DNA of 57,924 nucleotides from Clostridia bacterium (GTDB lineage Bacteria; Bacillota; Clostridia; Oscillospirales; CAG-382): NCBI GenBank assembly GCA_017531625.1, contig JAFXKQ010000115.1, positions 1 to 57,924 of the forward strand, read 5' to 3'. Shown piece by piece: positions 55,080 to 57,924 of this stretch (position 1 is its first letter; each line of letters starts with the position of its first letter). The notes under the pieces were generated by a model. It saw only the letters and a program-made list of their open reading frames with translations, ran no database searches and was not told where the DNA came from. The position numbers and the translations under genes were made by a program.

Positions 55080-56579
55080 TCAGAATTTAAAAACGTCGAG
55101 GATTCCACGGGCGATTTTTGAACCGAAGGAACGGCCAAAAGAACTAGCTGCTGAATTAACAGCTTTTTTTGTTAAAGTGTTGCTCTTGCTTGAGCTTTTC
55201 TTTTTTGCAGAGCTCTTTTTTGTCTCTTTTTTAGCTTTGCTTATTGTGTTCTCTTCTTCTACTGTTTCTGCAACTTCTTCTTCAAGTTCTTCTTCAGCGT
55301 TAACGATTGCTTCATAAGCGGATTCGCGGTCAACAGTTTCGGCATACTTTTTATAAAAGCGGCTGTTTTTGATGATTTCCTGCATAGTTTCGGAGTCAGC
55401 AGGATTCATAGAGCTTCGTGGAGGAAGAATTCCCGTCCTCTGTACAATGGTCGGAATTCCCTTTTCATCTAAAACCGAAACCAAAGCTTCACCTGTTCCA
55501 AGACTCTGCAGTTCTGTTTCTGTGTTGAATGCCGGATTAACGCGGAATGAGCGTGCGGCGGCGCGTAACGCTTTTTGGTCATTGGGGGTGTATGCTCTGA
55601 GTGCGTGCTGTACACGGTTCCCGATCTGCCCCAAAACACTGTCGGGTATGTCTGTCGGGTTTTGTGTAATGAACCAAACACTAACGCCCTTTGAACGAAT
55701 GAGTCGCACAACAAGCTCCACTTTATCTATTAAAGCTTTAGGAGCATCGTCGAAGAGAAGATGCGCTTCGTCAAAGAAGAACGCAAGTTTAGGTTTTTCC
55801 AAATCTCCGGCTTCGGGAAGTAACTCATAAAGCTCCGAGAGCATCCAAAGCAAGAAAGTGGCGTACATTAGCGGGTGTTGGAACAGTTCCTGACATTCAA
55901 GAATGTTCATCTGCCCACGGCCTGTGTTTTCACACCATTTCATCCAGTCTTTAATGTCAAGATCAGGCTCGCCAAAGAAGATGTTTCCGCCTTCGTCTTC
56001 AAGTGTAAGAAGCGCACGCTGAATAGCACCGATTGACTGGGAGGAAATGTTTCCATACTCGGTTCTGAACTCCTTAGCGTTGTCACCAACGTATTGTAAC
56101 ATACTCCTTAAATCCTTTAGGTCGATTAAAAGAAGCTCTTTGTCGTCGGCTATTCTGTAAACGATACGTAAAACACCGCTCTGTGTGTCATTTAAACCAA
56201 GTAATCTGCTGAACATTTCCGGGCCCATGGCTGAAACCGTAGTACGTACAGGAAGACCTTTTTCTCCATAAACGTCCCAAAACTGCACAGGATATGCAGA
56301 ATAACTGAAATCGGAAATTTTCATGTTATCGATACTGCGGCGAATGTGTTTGGTTTCACACCCCTCGACGCACATTCCTGAAAGGTCACCTTTGATGTCT
56401 GCCAGAAAAACAGGAACGCCCATGTCACTGAAAGACTCAGCAAGAACTTTTAAGGTAACGGTTTTACCCGTACCGGTAGCACCTGCAATAAGACCGTGTC
56501 TGTTTGCCATGCTTGGCTCTAAATAAACGGGTGTCTCGCCCGTAGCTAACCAAACTTTATGCTGTTGCGGTAAGTACAT
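55080..56579 (-). CDS. HerA-like P-loop ATPase (DUF853/YjgR family) with Lys/Ser-rich tail
   Basis: Start is moved to [10 protein letters not shown] (AGGAGG RBS). The ORF-track N-terminus runs through the tRNA-Pro gene and its terminator. Walker A is GATGTGKT and Walker B is [10 protein letters not shown]. The C-terminal roughly 70 aa are acidic, then K/S-rich. Confidence 0.85.
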   Translation of the reverse strand: MYLPQQHKVWLATGETPVYLEPSMANRHGLIAGATGTGKTVTLKVLAESFSDMGVPVFLADIKGDLSGMCVEGCETKHIRRSIDNMKISDFSYSAYPVQFWDVYGEKGLPVRTTVSAMGPEMFSRLLGLNDTQSGVLRIVYRIADDKELLLIDLKDLRSMLQYVGDNAKEFRTEYGNISSQSIGAIQRALLTLEDEGGNIFFGEPDLDIKDWMKWCENTGRGQMNILECQELFQHPLMYATFLLWMLSELYELLPEAGDLEKPKLAFFFDEAHLLFDDAPKALIDKVELVVRLIRSKGVSVWFITQNPTDIPDSVLGQIGNRVQHALRAYTPNDQKALRAAARSFRVNPAFNTETELQSLGTGEALVSVLDEKGIPTIVQRTGILPPRSSMNPADSETMQEIIKNSRFYKKYAETVDRESAYEAIVNAEEELEEEVAETVEEENTISKAKKETKKSSAKKKSSSKSNTLTKKAVNSAASSFGRSFGSKIARGILDVFKF

Positions 56580-56654
56580 ATAAACCTCCTCGGCAATTAA
56601 CCCAAAACGGTTAAGAAGTACTCTGTATGCGCAGCATTTTGCCGGCGTACAGTG

Positions 56655-56705
56655 AAAAAGCAGTAAAAACAACAGTGCCAACAGCGGTATTGGCTGTTGG
56701 CATTG
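56655..56705 (-). terminator. Terminator after tRNA-Pro
   Basis: On the minus strand: TGCCAACAGC, CAATACC, GCTGTTGGCA, followed by CTGTTGTTTTTAC. Confidence 0.7.
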
Positions 56706-56711
56706 CCTACT

Positions 56712-56787
56712 GGTCGGAGTGACAGGGCTCAAACCTGCGGCCTGATGGTCCCAAACCACCCGCTCTATCAACTGAGCTACACCCCGA
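56712..56787 (-). tRNA. tRNA-Pro (anticodon UGG)
   Basis: 76-nt cloverleaf. Acceptor is CGGGGTG/CACTCCG (C1:G72, as in bacterial tRNA-Pro). D arm is GCTC-AGTTGATA-GAGC. Anticodon arm is GGTGG-TTTGGGA-CCATC. T arm is GCAGG-TTTGAGC-CCTGT. Discriminator is A and CCA is encoded. Confidence 0.9.
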
Positions 56788-56834
56788 TTGGTTTTAGAAA
56801 ACAAGGCAGAAACAAACCTACCAAGCAAATTACA

Positions 56835-56863
56835 TTATACTAGATTCATAATGAATTGTCAAC
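56835..56863 (-). promoter_or_regulatory. Perfect consensus sigma-A promoter driving tRNA-Pro
   Basis: On the minus strand: TTGACA, exactly 17 nt, TATAAT, about 47 nt upstream of the tRNA 5' end. Confidence 0.65.
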
Positions 56864-56931
56864 CGCAACAAAACAAAATTTCAAAATTAAACAGAAATTA
56901 GTTTTGTAGTACTGTTACCAAATTTCAAAAT

Positions 56932-56956
56932 GAAATCGGTCTGAAAATCCGATTTT
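56932..56956 (-). terminator. Terminator hairpin after the 164-aa ORF
   Basis: AAATCGG / CCGATTT stem with a 9-nt loop, followed on the minus strand by CATTTTGAAATTT. Confidence 0.5.
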
Positions 56957-56958
56957 CT

Positions 56959-57453
56959 TTATTCTTTTCTAAACATTGATTTAATTTTACCAATCATAAA
57001 CCGCTCTTGAAGTTTTCGAAAAAATGTTGCAGGTAATTCTCTCTTTTCTTCGAGTATATAAGGAAAATCACCTTCAATACATATCCAAAAATACTCTCCT
57101 GTTCTATCAAAAGGAATGGAAGCAGTTTTTTGAAAAGTTATTTTGACACCAAACTTTTCAAAATCAAACTCTTCGCCATTAATCCTACCAAAAACACCGT
57201 AATAGTCTTCGTGATGAATAGGAGAATCATTATGATTCTCCCAATCCCAAGAAAACACTTCTTCGGTGCAATTATAATCAATTCCAAATCCACACAAAAA
57301 CTCAACCAATTCCTTGTTTTCCTCAATGTGTTTATAGTAATTCCTGCAATTTTGACAATCACAAGGTTTATTAAACTCTGTGCGATATTCTTTTGTTTTA
57401 TCTTTATCAAAAACTATTTTAACAGAATTTATTTCTACAGTTTGCAAAGACAT
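56959..57453 (-). CDS. Hypothetical protein in an AT-rich islet
   Basis: 164-aa ORF with an ATG start and a CDCQNC motif near the N-terminus. Its composition is visibly AT-rich compared with neighbouring genes. No family was recognised. Confidence 0.5.
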   Translation of the reverse strand: MSLQTVEINSVKIVFDKDKTKEYRTEFNKPCDCQNCRNYYKHIEENKELVEFLCGFGIDYNCTEEVFSWDWENHNDSPIHHEDYYGVFGRINGEEFDFEKFGVKITFQKTASIPFDRTGEYFWICIEGDFPYILEEKRELPATFFRKLQERFMIGKIKSMFRKE

Positions 57454-57604
57454 ATCATCACCCTTTTGAATGTATTATAACATAAAAGTGGCAATAAATC
57501 AATACGGAGCATTGTATACAGTTGATGATATACACGCTATCGAGTGATGATATGCCATCGCTTTCGCGAGTGATTAGAAATCTCGTTCCTAAGACCGAGA
57601 TTTC

Positions 57605-57649
57605 TTTGGGAGCATCAGGCCGCAGGTTCGATCCCTGTCACTCGGACCA
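57605..57649 (+). pseudogene. Orphan 3' half of a tRNA-Pro(UGG) gene (anticodon loop to CCA)
   Basis: TTTGGGA-GCATC-AGGCC-GCAGG-TTCGATC-CCTGT-CACTCGG-A-CCA matches the 3' 45 nt of the tRNA-Pro at 56712-56787 at 41 of 45 positions by my hand alignment. No D arm or 5' anticodon-stem strand lies upstream. Confidence 0.7.
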
Positions 57650-57653
57650 AAAA

Positions 57654-57686
57654 GGCTCAGGAATCAATGTTCCTGATCCTTTTCTC
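57654..57686 (+). terminator. Rho-independent terminator immediately after the tRNA-Pro half
   Basis: 10-bp stem GGCTCAGGAA/TTCCTGATCC (one mismatch) with a 6-nt loop, followed by TTTTCTC. Confidence 0.7.
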
Positions 57687-57851
57687 AATATATGAGGGCT
57701 GACGGAAACCGTCTGCCCTCGCTCTGTATGATCATCCAAACAAATTGGAATTTGTTTATTTGAGCAATTTACAGATTAACACATTAAAACACTATTTGTT
57801 AACGCATTTCCCTTTTTCAATCGGACAACAACGATTTCCGGCTTTAAGAAA

Positions 57852-57878
57852 TTAGCACTCTCTGTTATCGAGTGCTAA
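57852..57878 (+). promoter_or_regulatory. CIRCE operator (HrcA binding site)
   Basis: TTAGCACTC, 9 nt, GAGTGCTAA. This is a perfect match to the CIRCE consensus. The regulated heat-shock gene is presumably just beyond the right edge of the window. Confidence 0.85.
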
Positions 57879-57924
57879 TATTTACAATTATAACATTTTT
57901 TTATAACATTTTTGTAACAAATCA

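Noticed and set aside
56580..56828. 83-aa N-terminal extension of the HerA-like ORF in the ORF track
   Set aside because: The extension is translated straight through the tRNA-Pro gene and its terminator from a TTG. The internal ATG at 56579 has an AGGAGG RBS and is followed shortly by the Walker A region.
57693..57757. GC-rich hairpin GAGGGCTGACGG/CCGTCTGCCCTC (57693-57719) and AT-rich palindrome AAACAAATT-GG-AATTTGTTT (57738-57757)
   Set aside because: These are real inverted repeats, but they lack a U-run or any recognisable motif. There is no adjacent gene inside the window to attach a function to, so the information is too thin for a call.
1..57924. Window-wide search for CRISPR arrays, IS elements, integrases, toxin-antitoxin pairs and known defence-gene signatures
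   Set aside because: No spaced direct repeats were seen. No transposase, integrase or reverse-transcriptase motifs appear in any supplied ORF, and no small adjacent TA-like pairs were recognised. This was inspection by eye only.

Overview
This is a 57.9-kb chromosomal window from a spore-forming, Clostridia-type Firmicute. The sporulation evidence is spoVAC-spoVAD-spoVAE, sigG and a cwlD-like amidase. It also encodes a protein with a type-I dockerin, so it is probably Ruminococcaceae-like; that placement is an inference only. I call about 44 protein genes, 2 tRNAs, 1 frameshifted gene, 1 orphan tRNA half, and several hairpin terminators and promoter-like sites.

Most of the content is housekeeping: xth, radA, tyrS, mfd, pth, ppdK, apgM, a zur-znuACB-like metal uptake operon, copA and a MATE exporter. 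I saw no CRISPR array, transposase, integrase, reverse transcriptase or recognisable defence system.

The least ordinary content is:
- A four-gene plus-strand cluster (39.8-50.9 kb) behind a perfect consensus promoter. It ends in a 2,379-aa GT84 + (alpha/alpha)6 + GH94 fusion resembling proteobacterial cyclic beta-1,2-glucan synthase. It is preceded by an NTase-like/TM/MORN protein, a PAP2-like membrane protein and an MBL-fold lipoprotein.
- A roughly 1,550-aa secreted protein combining an EEP nuclease/phosphatase domain, a lamin-tail domain, GLUG-type repeats and a dockerin.
- The right end of the window. It holds a tRNA-Pro with an apparently compensated A19:U56 tertiary pair and an AT-rich islet with one orphan ORF. 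It also holds an inverted orphan 3' half of a tRNA-Pro gene with its own terminator, and a perfect CIRCE operator.
- Two paralogous GAAA-loop terminator hairpins with a compensatory base-pair swap, bracketing a possible small RNA.
- A stand-alone acyl-AMP ligase + ACP pair.
- A single-nucleotide frameshift in an SGNH hydrolase gene.

All product names come from motif recognition by eye on the supplied translations. No database search, alignment score or G+C calculation was run. Start codons and hairpin coordinates may be off by a few nucleotides.
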